Source: the human T2T-CHM13v2.0 reference genome, Homo sapiens. From it: a stretch of 64,000 nt of DNA. Both the position numbers and the translations under genes were made by a program. Shown here piece by piece: positions 1 through 15,854 of the stretch. The stretch lies in NCBI RefSeq assembly GCF_009914755.1, contig NC_060928.1; one strand, written 5' to 3'. Each line of letters starts with the position of its first letter. Position 1 is the stretch's first letter. The notes under the pieces were generated by a model. It saw only the letters and a list, made by a program, of their open reading frames with translations, was not told the DNA's origin and made no database searches.

Positions 1-729
1 CTATTAAATGTTCTAAAGCGAATGTTAAATGAACACTATTAAATGTGTTCTAAAGCCCACAGTTTCTGATAATACACTTGCTGTGCCTTAAAATGTGCTT
101 ATCAGAAACTAGATTTCAGTCAGTTAGGTAGATGGTACATTTTGGACATGTAAATGATCCATTTATGCTAATGTTTTAGTAAGATATTTAATTTGGTAGA
201 AAAACTTTTGTGTGTTTTTTTTTTTAAAGTTGTTAAAATAATTCCTAGCTGTAAATTTAAAGGGGACGTTTACTTCTCAATACTATGTATCTTCCTACCT
301 TCATTTAAAAATTTTTGTCTTTTTGTAAAAACTCAAAAGACACTGATTCGGAATATATTCATCTGAAAATAAAGACAATTAATGTGATGCAGCCATGATG
401 TGATCATTCAGCAATACTATATTCATGAAGTTGATCATTACTCTTCATGTAGAAGTTTATTGAATAATATAAATGAGAATAGTGAGTCTTCTAGGTTGAA
501 GGGCAGGGACAGAAAAGAAAATACAAAAAAGATTCAAAGAAAGATACAGGAAAATAAGCAAGAGGCCGAGAATGTTTTGAAAAATGTTATAGCATATTTT
601 CATTTTAATTTTTTTCTGTTAAAGCCTCATCTAATAGCAATCTCCTATTGTTAAAATTGTATTGTATGTAATAATAATAGTAGTTAAAATTGATAACAAA
701 TGTAACAAAAGTGAAAGAATATATAGGAC

Positions 730-910
730 TGTGCTGCTAACATGGTAGCCACTAGCCTCCTGGCTTATTTTAATTAAATTTAATATAAATTAGATAAAAG
801 AAAACGTTTAGTTTCTTGGTTATATTCCCTATATGCTCAACAGTCACATGCGGCTTCTGTATAGATACAGAAATTTCCACCATCACAAAGAGCTCTGCTG
901 GACGGCACAG
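730..910. mobile_element. MER3-like hAT-Charlie DNA transposon remnant
   Basis: Ends ctgtgctgctaa...tggacggcacag form terminal inverted repeats; internal 'tagccactag' and 'atttccaccatcacaaagag' motifs are typical of MER3. Confidence 0.65.
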
Positions 911-1464
911 GTCTAAGGTCTAGAAAGCTACACATTTTAACACAAAATCTGTATTATAAAGGAAATGTTACTCTTTTTTCAAAAATAAAATGTGGTTCTA
1001 TTCAGTCTCTTGTTTTCAATTGATAAATCAGAGAAAAGACACAAATGGCTTCCAATTTCCATTCAAGAGGATAATGAAATCATCTCCTGAAAATCTAGAC
1101 ATACAGGTATATTTTAGTGGTTATGTGTGTATGTGTTATCTCATAAATGAAACATAACCAGAATACTTATTAAAAATGTGATTAAAAAGTTGTTTTTGAC
1201 AACGGAGTGGCTCAAAGTAGTCAAACCTATTGTGCATGTAGGCAACCTAAATGAGTTGTCCTGTAGCTAGGCTGAATATGTAGATTAACATGTGAATGAG
1301 GGAATGGGGGAAAGGTGGAGTAAAGACCACATTCCAGAGAATGAGGGAGCTATTATGTTGGACATGACTGATCAAACTGATTGGGGTTTCAGCCCTTCTG
1401 CCAGCTGAGAAGAAGAACTGAAGACCAAGACAGAGCTTAAATGAATGAATAAATCAGGGCTCTA

Positions 1465-1650
<186 letters not shown>

Positions 1651-2533
1651 TTAATTTCTTTTGTGAAAAAGAAAGAAATGACTGAAAGGAAAAAAAATGC
1701 ATATAAGCACCCACATTTCCCTCTATCTTGGCTCTCCGGATCTTTTTTTAAAATTTTTTTTAACATACTTTATTTTAATTTATTTATATACCAGTAATGT
1801 TCCATAAACGATTGCTACCATAAAGTTTACATTATCCAATTAGGGAGGTTCTGTTTCTTTTGAGTATCGAAGATAGATAGATAGATAAAGAAAACCATTT
1901 TGATTTTGTAATCAGGCATCTCAATACAAAGTGTTTGTTGTGCATTCTGTATGTTAAAAGTGAGCCATAGAGAATGCTGATGTTAAGTTTTTCAGCCAAG
2001 GCTCAGCAAAAATAAGGGGAAGTGATTTGATTTGACGGAATAAAAAAACAGAGCATATGGAGATTGAAAAAAAATCTGATTTGTGGATTAGGGAATCAGG
2101 AATTACATTCAGTGGACTTTGAGAAATTAAGGCATTTAGTAATTTAGATGTTACATGAAAAACACATAAAATAATGGCAAGCAGCCAATAAACCTACTGG
2201 TAAAATTTCCCAGATTTTTTTTTTCAGTCACTTTCCCCACTGATTTGCTAATATAAAATTATTTTCTTACTCAGCATGACAATTGTTTTACAATCAATCA
2301 GTTTTAAGTACATCATTATTTTAATTATATTTATTAATTACTTGACACTATTAATCATTTTGAATTGTTAAATCCTCATAATTAAATAACCATGACTAAA
2401 TAACCACTCACTCTTTCCACATAGCAATATTGCAATCCTACATAACCAGAAAAAAGTCTTTAAAATACAAATTGTATATATACACATATACACAAACATA
2501 CATATATTTGCGTGTATATATACATACATAGAG

Positions 2534-2534
<1 letters not shown>

Positions 2535-2588
<54 letters not shown>
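2535..2588. repeat. (CA)n microsatellite, once interrupted, preceded by a TA/CA-rich low-complexity run
   Basis: Directly visible; source of the CVCVCV ORF. Confidence 0.95.
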
Positions 2589-2590
<2 letters not shown>

Positions 2591-2639
2591 GAGAGAGTTT
2601 AGTATGTAGAATTATCTACTCCAAATTTTTACGAAGGTG

Positions 2640-3915
2640 TCTCACGTGACTCAAACAGAATTCCTGAACTTCTCCCCATAACCTGCTGCTTCCACAATCT
2701 GTCTTCAACTCAGAAATTAGCAGTTCCATCTTTTAGTTACTTAAGAGTAAGGGATCACTCTTTAACTCTTTTCATCCTAATTCTATATCCATTATATCAG
2801 CAAAAATTGAGGGCTCTACTCTCAAAATATTTCTAGTTTAACCATTCTCACAAGGCTACTACTGCATCTCTTTTGATAACAGCTTTGTTGAGATATAAAC
2901 TTGGCACAGAATTAACCTAAAGTGTTAGGATTCAATCAATGGTCTTGAATATATTCACAGAGTTGTACAACCATCACCATAATCAATTTTAGAACATTCT
3001 CATTACCCCCAAAAGAAACTTCATACCCATTAAGCAGTCACTCCCTATTTCCTTCAGCCCTGTATCACTTCTAGTCACTTTCTGTAGATTTGTTTCTCTT
3101 GGACATTTCATATAAATAAAATAATACAAAATACAGGCTTCTGTGACTTCCTTCTTTTGCTCACCACCAGCATCACCTACCTGGATTGCAGGAGCCTTCC
3201 GAATGGTCTCTCTGCTCCATCCGAGTCACACTCTTGCCCCCTCCTCCCACAGCTGTTCTCAGTATGGCAGCCAGGGTGAGGCTTTTCATACCTATGCCAA
3301 ATCCTGTCACTTGTGTATTCAGAACTCTCTAATGGCTTCTCCTCTCCTGATGGGTGAAAGGGAGGTTTCACAAAGGCCTTAAAATAAACAGCTACCCCAC
3401 ACTCTCCTGTTCGCACCCATCTCTTGGTCAACATTTCCTACCAATGTCCACTTTCCTTAGACATACCCAGCACACTCCACTGAGGGGCGCTGCACTTTCT
3501 TTGTCATCCTCCTGCCCTGGCATCTGTGTGGCTCACTCCCACTCTGCCTTCTAATCTTTGCTCCAATATCGCCTTCTAAGCAAGAACTTCCTTAGGAATG
3601 CCATTTAAAATAATAATAATCCCTTTCTCTACTCTTTCTCCCTTTGCCTATTTTATTTTTATCTAAGGCACTTATCACCCTTGAAAAACGATACAGTGTG
3701 TTTACTTGCTTATTTCTGGTCTCCTGTCCACTCCATTCCCCTCCTGCCATGCCCCCACCCCCTCCCCCAGCTAGACAAGCCTCATGAGAGCAGGGGTTAT
3801 TGTCTGCTTTAATCACTGCTGCATCCACAGCACCCAGACTAGAACAGTACCTGGTACATAGCTCACATTTCAAAAATATTTGCCAAAAATAAAACAGTAA
3901 AAGTTGAATGGAGAA
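2640..3915 (+). mobile_element. L2 (L2a-like) 3' fragment, interrupted by an L1M piece
   Basis: L2-typical motifs, e.g. 'tcacctacctggattgcaggagccttcc', 'agacaagcctcatgagagcagggg', 'gaacagtacctggtacatag'. Boundaries approximate. Confidence 0.6.
2871..3157 (-). mobile_element. L1MB-type LINE-1 3' end fragment nested in the L2
   Basis: 'acagctttgttgagatataa...tattcacagagttgtacaaccatcacc...cccattaagcagtcactccc' matches old L1M 3' UTRs. Confidence 0.7.
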
Positions 3916-4228
3916 TGGAAATGTTAATCCATATTTTAGATTTCTGTATCCTCTACTGCAAAGTTTACTTAAAAATAATAGGTTTGAGATAATTAATTAT
4001 TGTTTATTTTCATGCATGTATTTCAAACTTTTTAAGCTTCTGTGGTCTGTCAAACCACTAGAGGTCCCATGAAGAAATACATTGAATGATAATATGAGTT
4101 GGGAAAATTGGGAGTACCTCTAAAGAACGAACACAATTTTCTTTTACATTCATATTCAAAATATGGCTTTTGCCTCATGAGTGATTATAATTCCTACATA
4201 CAAAATCTTGGTGTCAAATCCTGTATTA

Positions 4229-4571
<343 letters not shown>

Positions 4572-5228
4572 TCATCAAAAAAAACAATTACAACCCATAA
4601 TGCTCTGAGAAAGCCAAGTAAATTATTAGCTTTTTACCTACAAAACTCTTCTGGTAATCTGAAGTATTCTTTTTAATCTTCAAAATTTTAATTTTGTACC
4701 AACAGTAGGAAGATCTTTTTGGGAAATCACATCTTTGTGGGGGTCACACTCAGGCTAACATCTCAGTCATAAGACTGATGTTGGGACATCATTTAACTTT
4801 CTTGGGCTTCAGTTTCCTTATCTATAAAATCACAACTGTAATTATGGGATTTCCATGAAGATTAAATGATACACTGTTACAAAAGCCCCAGCATAGAAGA
4901 TGGTCATTTTCCTTCCTTCCTTGCTCTTTTTTTCTTTCTTGTTCAACCACATTCCTTACTTCCCTTAATTGTGACTGCCATTCCTGCCTCACACGGAAGC
5001 CATGCCCTCAAAGGTTTCTAGCAGCTTCTTCATTTTTCAATTCCAACTATCTCTGCTGAATTCTCATTCAAACTGATATCTCTGCAGTAATTTCCTCTGA
5101 TGACCATGCCCTCCGTCCTGAAAGACTCTTTGCCCTAGGTGTTGTAATGCTTTTTTCTCCTGCTTCTCCTTCTCCTTCTCTGACATCTTTTCAGTTCCTA
5201 GGCTGATCTTTTTCTTCTATCTCCAGAT

Positions 5229-5547
5229 CCGTGCTTTCTAATATGTAGGCCCCAGTTACATGTGGCTGTTAACCACCTGAGACATGACTAGTCGAATTAA
5301 GATGTGCTGTAAGTGTAAAATACACATGGGATTTCAAAGATGTAGTACAAATATAAGAATAGAAAATGTCCCTTTAATAAGTGTTATATTGATCAAATGT
5401 CAAAGTGATAAAATTTTGGAGACTTGTGTTAAACAGACTGTATTATAATAATTTCTTTAGTTTCTGTTTCTACCCCTTTTACTGTGGTGTCTAGAAAATT
5501 TAAAATGACAGATGTGGCTCACATTTTATTTCTATTGGAAAGCAATG
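5229..5547. mobile_element. MER33-like hAT-Charlie DNA transposon
   Basis: 'gatgtgctgtaagtgtaaaatacac...ctagaaaatttaaaat...atgtggctcacatt...tttctattgg' matches the MER33 pattern. Confidence 0.7.
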
Positions 5548-5662
5548 TTCTGAAGAATTCTTTATTTTTCTCCTCTCACTTTTCACGCTATCCTTTAGCA
5601 AGACCATCAGCTTACATTGCTGTACTCTTGTCTCTGTGTTGTTTACTCTCGTCTACATTTCT

Positions 5663-5967
5663 TTTTCTTTCTTTCTTTTTTTTTTGAGATGGAGTCTTGC
5701 TCTGCTGCCCAGGCTGGAGTGCAGTGGCGCAATCTCGGCTCACTGCAAGCCCCGCCTCCGGGGTTTATGGCAGTCTCCTGCCTCAGCCTCCTGAGTAGCT
5801 GGGACTACAGGCACCTGCCACCACGCCCAGCTAATTTTTTTGTATTTTCAGTAGAGATGGGGTTTCACCATGTTAGCCAGGATGGTCTCGATCTCCTGAC
5901 CTCATGATCCACCCGCCTTGGCCTCCCAAAGTGTTGGGATTACAGGCGTGAGCCACCGCACCCAGCC
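5663..5967 (-). mobile_element. Alu (AluY-like), full length
   Basis: Poly-T then reverse Alu. Y diagnostics 'gcaagc' and 'ttagccaggatggtctcgatct'. TSD-like gtc(t/c)acatttct on both sides. Confidence 0.95.
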
Positions 5968-6202
5968 TTATGTCCACATTTCTAACCCTCGCCTCTCTCT
6001 GAACCTCCAGGGCAGAATTTCTAAGTGCCTCTACATAAATGCTCTGCCAAATTCAGTGCATCCTACTCTTCCCGATAAATACCTGTTAGGTATTTAAATT
6101 GAAAAGTACTTCCTCTTCTTTAGACAATGGCATCCTATCAATGGCATAGACTGGAACCCCTGTAGAATATTCTGGAATACTTCCTCTCTCTTGTAGCCTC
6201 TC

Positions 6203-6660
6203 ATATAGGTAAGGGTTCTCACAGCCAACACCGGAAATCTATTCTGGCTAATTTTAACAGGAAAGAGATATATTAAAGGTATTAGAGAGCTCACAGATCC
6301 AGAGAACTGGGCTTCGATGCTCTGTAGCTGGGAAGGGTAACAGTACTTGTTCATACTGTGGGGTGGGCTCCATGAAAGGCTTGCCACTGATGTTCACAGC
6401 CAATGCCAGAGCTCATACTAATGCTGTGTAGTTAGCTCCCAAAATGCTGAGGTGGAAGCTCTTCCACTGCTGGCCCATGAGATTCCACACCTGACAGGAC
6501 AATTGCTGTCCTGCCTTGCTGCTTCCTCATGATGCTCAATTTGAAACAAAGCCTTGCTTACATGCATTTATCTGACTGGCAAACCCTAGGCAACAGACTT
6601 GTATTTTATCTGCAAGGACTGCTGAAAGACAGTTTTCTGGTTCCCTTATAAGGTTGCACA
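6203..6660. mobile_element. Old MaLR LTR remnant (MLT1-type)
   Basis: 'agggttctc...ctattctggctaattttaacaggaaagagatatattaaaggtattagagagctcacaga' resembles MLT1K/L ends. Boundaries approximate. Confidence 0.5.
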
Positions 6661-7613
6661 TTTCCAAAACGTAAGAAACATGTTGGGCAAGTATACCTGA
6701 CAAATTTGTACCACACTCCACATTCATTAATCACGTCCTGTTTTCCCAAATTCCTTGTATTTGTCCTTTCCTTTGCACTTCTCTCCCCATAGCCTGGTCC
6801 AGCCTTTTGCTGGGATTACTTCAAAAGCTTCCTAAATGGTTTTTTTTTTTAATTTACATTTTATTTTATATTTATTCACTTTTTTCATTATCCATACGTC
6901 ACCTTGCTAGCCAATCTTCACGTTGCAATTAACATGTATAGTGAAACATGGGTTAGAGCATGCCTCTAATCTCACGAAAATAATTCTACAACTCCTGATT
7001 GCCTACACACACAAAAATTAAATGTTTTAACATGCTATTCAAAACACTCAAGGATATGGACTTCAGTATATTTTCAGTCTCCTTTTAAACTAGATTCCTC
7101 ACTCACCTTCATGTCTTTTGCTAGTCAGTCCTTTAATACATTTAGAATTCATTACTAGACTACTAGTATTGCTAAGAATTTATACTAGACTACATAGCAC
7201 AGTTTTGAGTAAGACTCTCATTAGTGTTGCTCCCCAACTGAGTGAGTTTGGACACTCTGCTTAGCCTCTCTCAGATTCAATTTCCTCACAGGAAAGTGAA
7301 GTCACCACAACCTTGCAAGCTTCCTGTGTCGATGATTGTCAAATGTGCATAACATGGGGCATGAACCTGGCACTTAGCAAGTGCCCCATAAAAGGATGCC
7401 ATTGATAGTGCTCTTAGGATTGTGTGGCTGTGCTCCTGATAATTTTTCCACTTCCAGGAATGCCTTCACCACATCTCTCCCTGCCCTGGAATCCAGCCTA
7501 TCCTTCACAGCACTCCTCCAATTTTAACCTCTTTATGAACACTCCAGTCAGGAAACACAAGGTTCCTTCCTGTCTAATGCCACAGCAGGGTATCTATTCA
7601 TGTAGTTATTTAG

Positions 7614-7923
<310 letters not shown>

Positions 7924-8576
7924 ACTTTATTTTCTTTTGTTAGTTTATTGTCTATCTGGCTGGCATTCCAATTTGGTATCTAGATTGCCTAATTCAGTGC
8001 ATGGTATACAGTTAATGCTCAATCATTATTTACTAAGCTTAACTTACTTTTTTCTGGATAGGATCTCTCTATATTCTGCATATGTGTTATGGATGCTTTT
8101 ATTATAGAAAAACAATAATATAGAGCTTGCTTTTATTTTCTATTAACATGTGCAATTTTAAGTCAAGTCACTCATCACTGGGTTCAAATAGTCCATTTAT
8201 CACGGGATAGTCATGGAAATTCTAGAGCTGTTTTTACTTTCCCTCAGAGACTTCAATAATTAGAATAACATAGATTCACATGAACAGCTTTATGGCTGAT
8301 GTTCATTTCCTAGAAATCTAGTGAAATGTGTCTGATAAATACATCTTTCACCACGAGCCAGAACGAAAAACAAAACAAAAAAAATTACAATAGCTTTTCC
8401 TGTTTCCTAAGATATTCAACCTACCGTGAAATCAATGTTTTAAAGTCCTATAGCAAATAGAGGAATAAAATGTGATGCAATTCGAGACTTTCTTAACAGA
8501 AATAATTTAGTAGATTGCAATTTAACTAAAATAGTGAGAAACTGACAATTTCTCATTTAATTTTCCTCAATTTTTA

Positions 8577-8807
<231 letters not shown>

Positions 8808-8813
8808 TCAGTG

Positions 8814-8820
8814 GTCAGTA
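8814..8820 (-). promoter_or_regulatory. Candidate branch point (TACTGAC) of intron 10
   Basis: Near-consensus yUnAy/TACTAAC-like heptamer; branch A about 27 nt upstream of exon 11, with no intervening AG. Confidence 0.6.
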
Positions 8821-9629
8821 ATTTTTTATCTAATTGTAATTGATTTTACACATTTACACATACAACAGACTCCAGTAAGCAAAATCAGTATTTTTTTTTT
8901 TTCCCCCTTAAGAGGATTTATCTGTAAATCAAATTTGAAAATTTAAGCTTTTGGCCACCAATACTAGGATGTGATTTTTGAGAGGTCCCCATAGTGCCAA
9001 AGAAAAACTTTCGAGATATCCAGAGGGGAGGTGAGTAAGAAGCTAACTGGAAAATCACTGAGCAGAGAGGGGTAGGTTCCTATCCTCCTCTTCCAATTGA
9101 CTTTCCCCTTCTTTTCTATTTATACAGAGACCACGCATTGGGAGGAAGAGTTAAGTACCTTATCACCATCTTCTATTCATTTGCAGTCTCCATGCTGGGA
9201 AAACTACTTTAGGAAACTGCTTTTCCAAAAGTTCTCCTTTGATGTGATTAAACTAAGAAGTCTCTTAATTCCCTATCTGCCTTGCAACATCATTCATAAT
9301 TATTTGATGATGATTGTTTGAGTACTTGATACTCTTTCATCTTCTGGTTGGTTCATGAGTTCTAGAGAAAAGAGTAGAGAACTGCTAAATTGGATTTAGT
9401 AAGAGACAATGGCACCATGGTTTGCATTTTAGTACTATTTTTGAAAGTTATGCATGGTTTTTCTGGGTAAGTCTTACCACTTGTTACATTTTCTAAATTA
9501 AAAAAATTAATTACATAGATTATTGTTACAAATAAACATATTATTTTAAAATAATGTTTTAAAGTAATACTTCAATGAGCCCATTTTATTTTTTCTTTTA
9601 ATTCCCGAGGTACATTGGAAGAAGTATAA

Positions 9630-9954
<325 letters not shown>

Positions 9955-11813
9955 AAGATTTTTATAATCCAAGGTAAAATGGATAAGCTATCCTTTTTAT
10001 TCATTATGTGGGATTTTATAGAAAGCATTAACACAAGCAGATCGTCTAATTCTACTGCCTCTAATAGATATACAACAGAATATTCTTTTCAAATAATAAC
10101 AGAAATGTTCCTAATCCAAATGAACAGTTTGAGTCAAGTAATTTGCTCAGGGACGGTAGTCTATAGATGATAACTGGTATGTGTTTTGGTCTTTTATTAT
10201 AATTTGTGGTAACAGCAAGCTTTCACAGAAGGGTTTTGAAAAAAAGATTTCTACTGTTTCCCTTAGAGGGCTTTTATGAACACCATTTCTAATCTATTTG
10301 ATTGTGTGGATCAATTAATATGCCAACATTTCCATGAGAAAGAAAACTTGTACAACACACACAATTTTGAAATGGCTAGAAAAAAGGTCTTTGCTTTTTT
10401 TTTTTTTTTTTTTTGCCCTCCACTCCAAGAAAGTGAAAACATATGGGTCACTTTCTTTGCCTGGGTGGGTAATCTTTCAGAGGTGATGCTAACACAAACC
10501 CATCTCATAGGTGCATGGGTGTTCCCCAGAGGGTGTGTGAAAACCAGCAAGCTGGTTTCCTCCCACCTTCCCTCTGCCCTGAAAACAGCCTACATTTGTG
10601 TCCATTTCTTCCTCTCTTGTGGCAACTATGCCACGGCAGGCACCTTTCAACATATCCAATGGGAAGGACTTATTATTGCCAGCTATTCTACCTGCAAATG
10701 GGTGGAATAAGTGTCTATCCATGTGGGAGACAGCTGTTCTCAGATCTAGCTGTTCTGATAATTAAGCAAAACCATGGGTTCTCATTCACTGTAAGTTCCT
10801 TGAATTATTAATTAGTCTCTCGGTCAGAACACTGGGGAGGAAAATAGGGTGTGTGCAGGATCCCTACCTCTAATCGTATTCTGATTTTGTAAACAATATT
10901 AATTATCTATGATTTGTAATTAAGATTATACATCAAATTCTGCTCTGGAGACCATCTAAAATTGAATTCTCTGTGCTTGGATTTTAGATGATTAATGAAC
11001 AAGAGACCATGAAAAGACTTTTTCTTTTTTTTTTTTTTTTTTTAAAGTGGGATGGCAAATAGTCCCCTTAGGGTGGTCTTCCTATACATGTATATATATA
11101 TTTCAGTTATTCCATTCAATGATGCTTTCAGTCTAACATTGTCCTATTACTACTCTATGTTTAAAATTCCCTACCTCAACTGACCTGTGAACTCAGGGGT
11201 CATGATGTGCTGAGTAAGGGAAAATATTCTGGCTCTCTCCAATAAACAATATGGCCAGATCATGAAATCAATTCAATGAACACAAAGAATGGAAACTGGG
11301 AGAGCTCCAAAACTGGTCACTATATTTAGAAGCACAACAAGAAAAGCAGCATAGGAGTGGCTAAGACGTCTAAAAATAAAACTTCATGTATTTAAGTGAG
11401 GTGAGAGGAGGAACATATAAAATCAAATAAGTAAAAAATATATATGAAGAATAATCTCACAGAAGATTTCTGATAAAAAACTTGTAAAAATCATAACTAC
11501 AGCAATGAAAAGTAAGAAACTATGCTGGAAAAGGAGGGAAATAAATTATGTAAAGCTGTGCTTCTTAGCTTGGTATAAGCTGATGATCAGAAAAATGCTC
11601 AAATACATACTAAATTTTAAATGTAAAATGAACATTCTCACAGTGAGTATACTATTCCTTATATTTTCAGATAAAATGAATGATTAGAGAGCATATAAAA
11701 GATATTCTACTTTATGTATATGTAGTTGTGCTCCCCATAAATAGTGAATCACAACACACTCTAGCACTTTTCTTAATTAAAAAAAAAAAAAAACTCTCCT
11801 TTTCAAATTTCTC

Positions 11814-12107
<294 letters not shown>

Positions 12108-13503
12108 TTTCTCAATAACCCAGATAAGGAGTTTTATTATCCCTCTTATAAAACTGAAATATATTTACACAAAAAGTAAAATAACCTGACCATGGACAGT
12201 AAGAAGAGACATTAAACTATTCTCTAAATGTTTTATCCTGAAAAGTACCTTCAATCTTTTCCATATAATCAAAATCAAAATTAGCTCTAACCACACATAT
12301 ATAATCTCACAAAGATTTATAATACTGAAATAAAATATGTGGATTGATGTGTAATTCAGTGTAAAGGAGCTGAACAACAGCAGGAGAGAATTAAGTTCAG
12401 ATGTAAATGTTCTGGTATACTATACTTAGTATTGCTATTCCAGGTTTTCGGTATTTTCCAGAGATCATTAAAACTCTTTTTCAAAAACTTATTTCATTCC
12501 AAATCCTCACAGTCCATAATTAAACAGAAAGATCAAGAATAAGTACATGTTTTTCAGAATTTTACTACCTGCAACATGCAAAGATAATGTCATATTAAAC
12601 ATTCTTGGTACTGTTCTGTTTAAGTTGTGAAAATGTACCACAGTAGCTCAAATTAAAATTCAGTATATTAAATAATGAAGACACATAAAATACCTTTTAA
12701 ATGAAAACTGTGGTGATTTCTTTCCACTTAAAAAAACATATAATCACTTATTTCAACTTGGAAGTCCAAAACTGAAAGGTAGTATTTCATATGTTAGAAA
12801 AAATAGTAATTTTAAGTAAAATTTCATTTTGTTTCAAATAATAATCACTTCTTTTTTTGGCCTCTCCTTTCACCTTTTTAAGTTCTGATCTTCTTTTATG
12901 CCTAGGGTATCATGTTACTATTTCCAGAATCTAAGCAACCCTGAAAACTCAATTTTTCCTCAACATGGGGGAGGCTAGTACACAGACCAAGGGGATCTTT
13001 AAAGATTTGCTTTTAATACATATCCTTCTTGCCCTTAACTTAGCACCTTGCTAACTTCTCATGAAGTTTTAAGATATCTATGGCAAATGGCCTTCTAAGT
13101 GACTGTTGCAACGCCACAGGGTAGATTTCAGCCTTAGAAAGGAACTGGAAAAAGGCATTTGCACCACAGATAGTGGGGGCAAGTGCTTGGCTGAAGAGAG
13201 ATTCTTACCACCTGGGGTATCTGCCACACATAACAGATGTTGGCTCTGACTTCCAGCTCAGTTACCACTGTGGAGCTACTACTGTGAATTCTTCAGTTAC
13301 ACCTGAATTAGTAGTGTGCAGAAAGTGTTATGTAGAGTACAAATTACCATCCAAATCATTCCTTCATCAAATATTCTTGTGACTCCTTTACTATACAGCC
13401 TGCCATGTGCTAGCAATAGAAATATGAATGAGGCATTGCCTCTGCTTTCAGAGATCACATGAACAACAACAATAGACCGTGACAAATATTATATTGAAAG
13501 TAG

Positions 13504-13697
13504 CAGTGGTACACTGGAGCTGGCTTCTGTCAGCTGGTAAGAGGATATTGAGTGTATTCCTTCTTAACTCCATGGTCAGTAATGTTGGTAGCTTCAAATC
13601 AGCTGTAGGGGAAACATTTATACCATGAAAATCTGCAAATGCTACAAACCGGGGCCATTTTCCCTGGGAGGACAGGTGCAAACTGCTTGCAGGTACA
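13504..13697. mobile_element. MER63A-like hAT-Blackjack DNA transposon within an L2 remnant
   Basis: 'cagtggtacactggagctggct...gttggtagcttcaaatcagc...atttataccatgaaaatctgcaaatgctacaaa' matches the MER63 pattern. Confidence 0.6.
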
Positions 13698-14030
13698 AGA
13701 AAAACTTTTCAGTGAAATGGTGACAGTCAAGGATCTTGAAGGATAAATAAACGCCAAAAAGAAAGAAGAATGACATTCTCCATAGAGATTTTTTAAATGT
13801 GTAAAGGCAGCAAAACTCCACATTATGGTCAGATGATGGGTAAGAAGTTTGATGTGAATGAAGTTTGAGTAAACGCGGAAGATGGTAGGGTGGGAAAGAA
13901 GCAGGAAATGCCTGGTCTAACCTGTAAAGGCTTTAGCATAGTAGTACATGCAAACAAGAAGTTTAGATATTAGCATGTATGCAACAGAGTTAAATAAAAC
14001 TTACTTTGCCAGATACCAAAAAAGAAAGAA

Positions 14031-14190
14031 ATGGTTAGATTGCTGGATGAGTAGAGACAGACATGTGATAAAGCAAATATAGTCAATTATTAGCTATAGA
14101 AAGTTAAGTGATGAGTATCTAAGTATAAACTATACAGTTCTTCAAACTTTCCTGTATGTTTAAAATATTTTGTAATAAAATGTCAAAAAA
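14031..14190 (+). mobile_element. Old L1 (L1MC-type) 3' end fragment
   Basis: 'atgtgataaagcaaatatagt...cttcaaactttcctgtatgtttaaaatattttgtaataaaatg' followed by A-tail. Confidence 0.55.
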
Positions 14191-15854
14191 TGAAACTATA
14201 CTTGGAAGAAATTTGGTTTTGTGGGGAAAGAAAAATAGCAGCTTTGGGGAGAGAAGTCTCTATGTCCTGCCCTGCCCTTCCTTTATGTAACAGGGGAGGA
14301 TGCATGAGCTTGCTGAAAAAGGCAATGAAGACTTCTCACTGGAGTTACATTCTCCCCATCTCTCTTCTCCACCAAATCCAGAAGAAAACTGAACTGGCGG
14401 GATTTTGTTTTAAAAGTCTAATCCAACAGATTCTTATTAGTTTCAACACATTTTTACAACTGTAAGAAATAAAAACGACCAGTTTGAAAAAATTATACTT
14501 AAATATCTTCTGAAAAGAAATATTTTTACGTTAGAATGTGAAAAAGCTGCTTTTAAAAATTGTTATTGTTATTGAGTTGTATTTTATTTGATAGAAACAC
14601 TAGCAGACCTTTCCCAATTGATCATTATATCGGCCATGAGCTTTTTGTTATCATTTAGGCTTCTTTCTTTACAGGACGTATAACTAATGCAAGTGTATCC
14701 ACAGCATATGTATTTAAATGAAATATATATAAAAAGTATATTTATACTAAAATTTTTTGTGTGTTTTAAAAGGAAAGATATATCTTTAAAATTATATTTT
14801 GCTGGTAGACTTCAAATGTTTTGAAACATTTAATCCAAATTCTGAGAAAATTTTTTTTACCACTCACCACTTCCAAATTTGTTAAAACTTGACAAAGTTC
14901 ATTCCTATTCTACTTGAAAGTAAAATTTTTATCATGGGTCAATATTATTAAACAGAGTTTCAATGTTCCTTCAGATTTTATTTTTTGCCAAACAGAGCAA
15001 TTACTGAATTTGAATAAAACCTCTTGATGAAATGAAGCATAAGGTATTGAGATAATTAGTATCTTTTGTTGTGCTATATTAAAGATAAAAATGGGTTTTG
15101 TGTCCATCCAAAATCAGCACCTTTGAAATAGAAGATATAATGCATAAGACAGAACAGACTTCAGATACCTCTAAGAAACTTGTGTAATTGGTCTTTATAG
15201 CTTTTTACAGATGACGAAAATTATGAATATAAAGACTGTCTTCTTTGGGAAAATACATGTCCAACAGTTGAAGTAATCCCTAAACCTTATCTTGTCTTTT
15301 TCTTTCCTGACCTAACTTAACAATAACAAACCTTGAGCTCTTATATCCCAGCAAAGGGATGTTATGCAGAAGTTACTTTAGATATCCACCCAGTTTTGCT
15401 GTTGGCTATGAATTGTGACAAGTGCTTCAGTACATTGTCCTACACCACCAGGCGCTTGAGTCCTAGATTTAAAAAAAGCACCATAAGCAATGGATAATTG
15501 TTTACTCTGATGGAATGGCTTCAAAATTGTAGCCTTTATAATTTTTAGTCATGTAGCTACAAAATAATATCCCCAAAGAATACTATTCCCATTCCATGTT
15601 TAAATAGTTGTAAATAATGTTGTAAACATTATGAGATTAAAATGAAATGGCTATATTACTCTGTTACCAATGGCGTATAAATATCACAGCAATTTGAGTC
15701 CCACTATCATTCACTTAGAGAAAAGTCCGTGAATAAAATCCTCATTGATATTTAGAAATCTTATATTATTCTTTTTTTCTTTGAAATTGAGTTCCACTTT
15801 AAATTTCCCCAATTTTACTCCAGTGCATTATAAACTTTAAAATATATACATGTT

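Noticed and set aside
1-1461. Search for the 30-nt alternative exon 13 (ATVEAIEADE) and the autoinhibitory-domain exon
   Set aside because: Not found; they must lie beyond position 1.
10276-10811. Overlapping ORFs of 144, 98, 79 and 77 aa
   Set aside because: No recognisable protein, runs through a poly-T tract, no splice or promoter support; consistent with chance ORFs.
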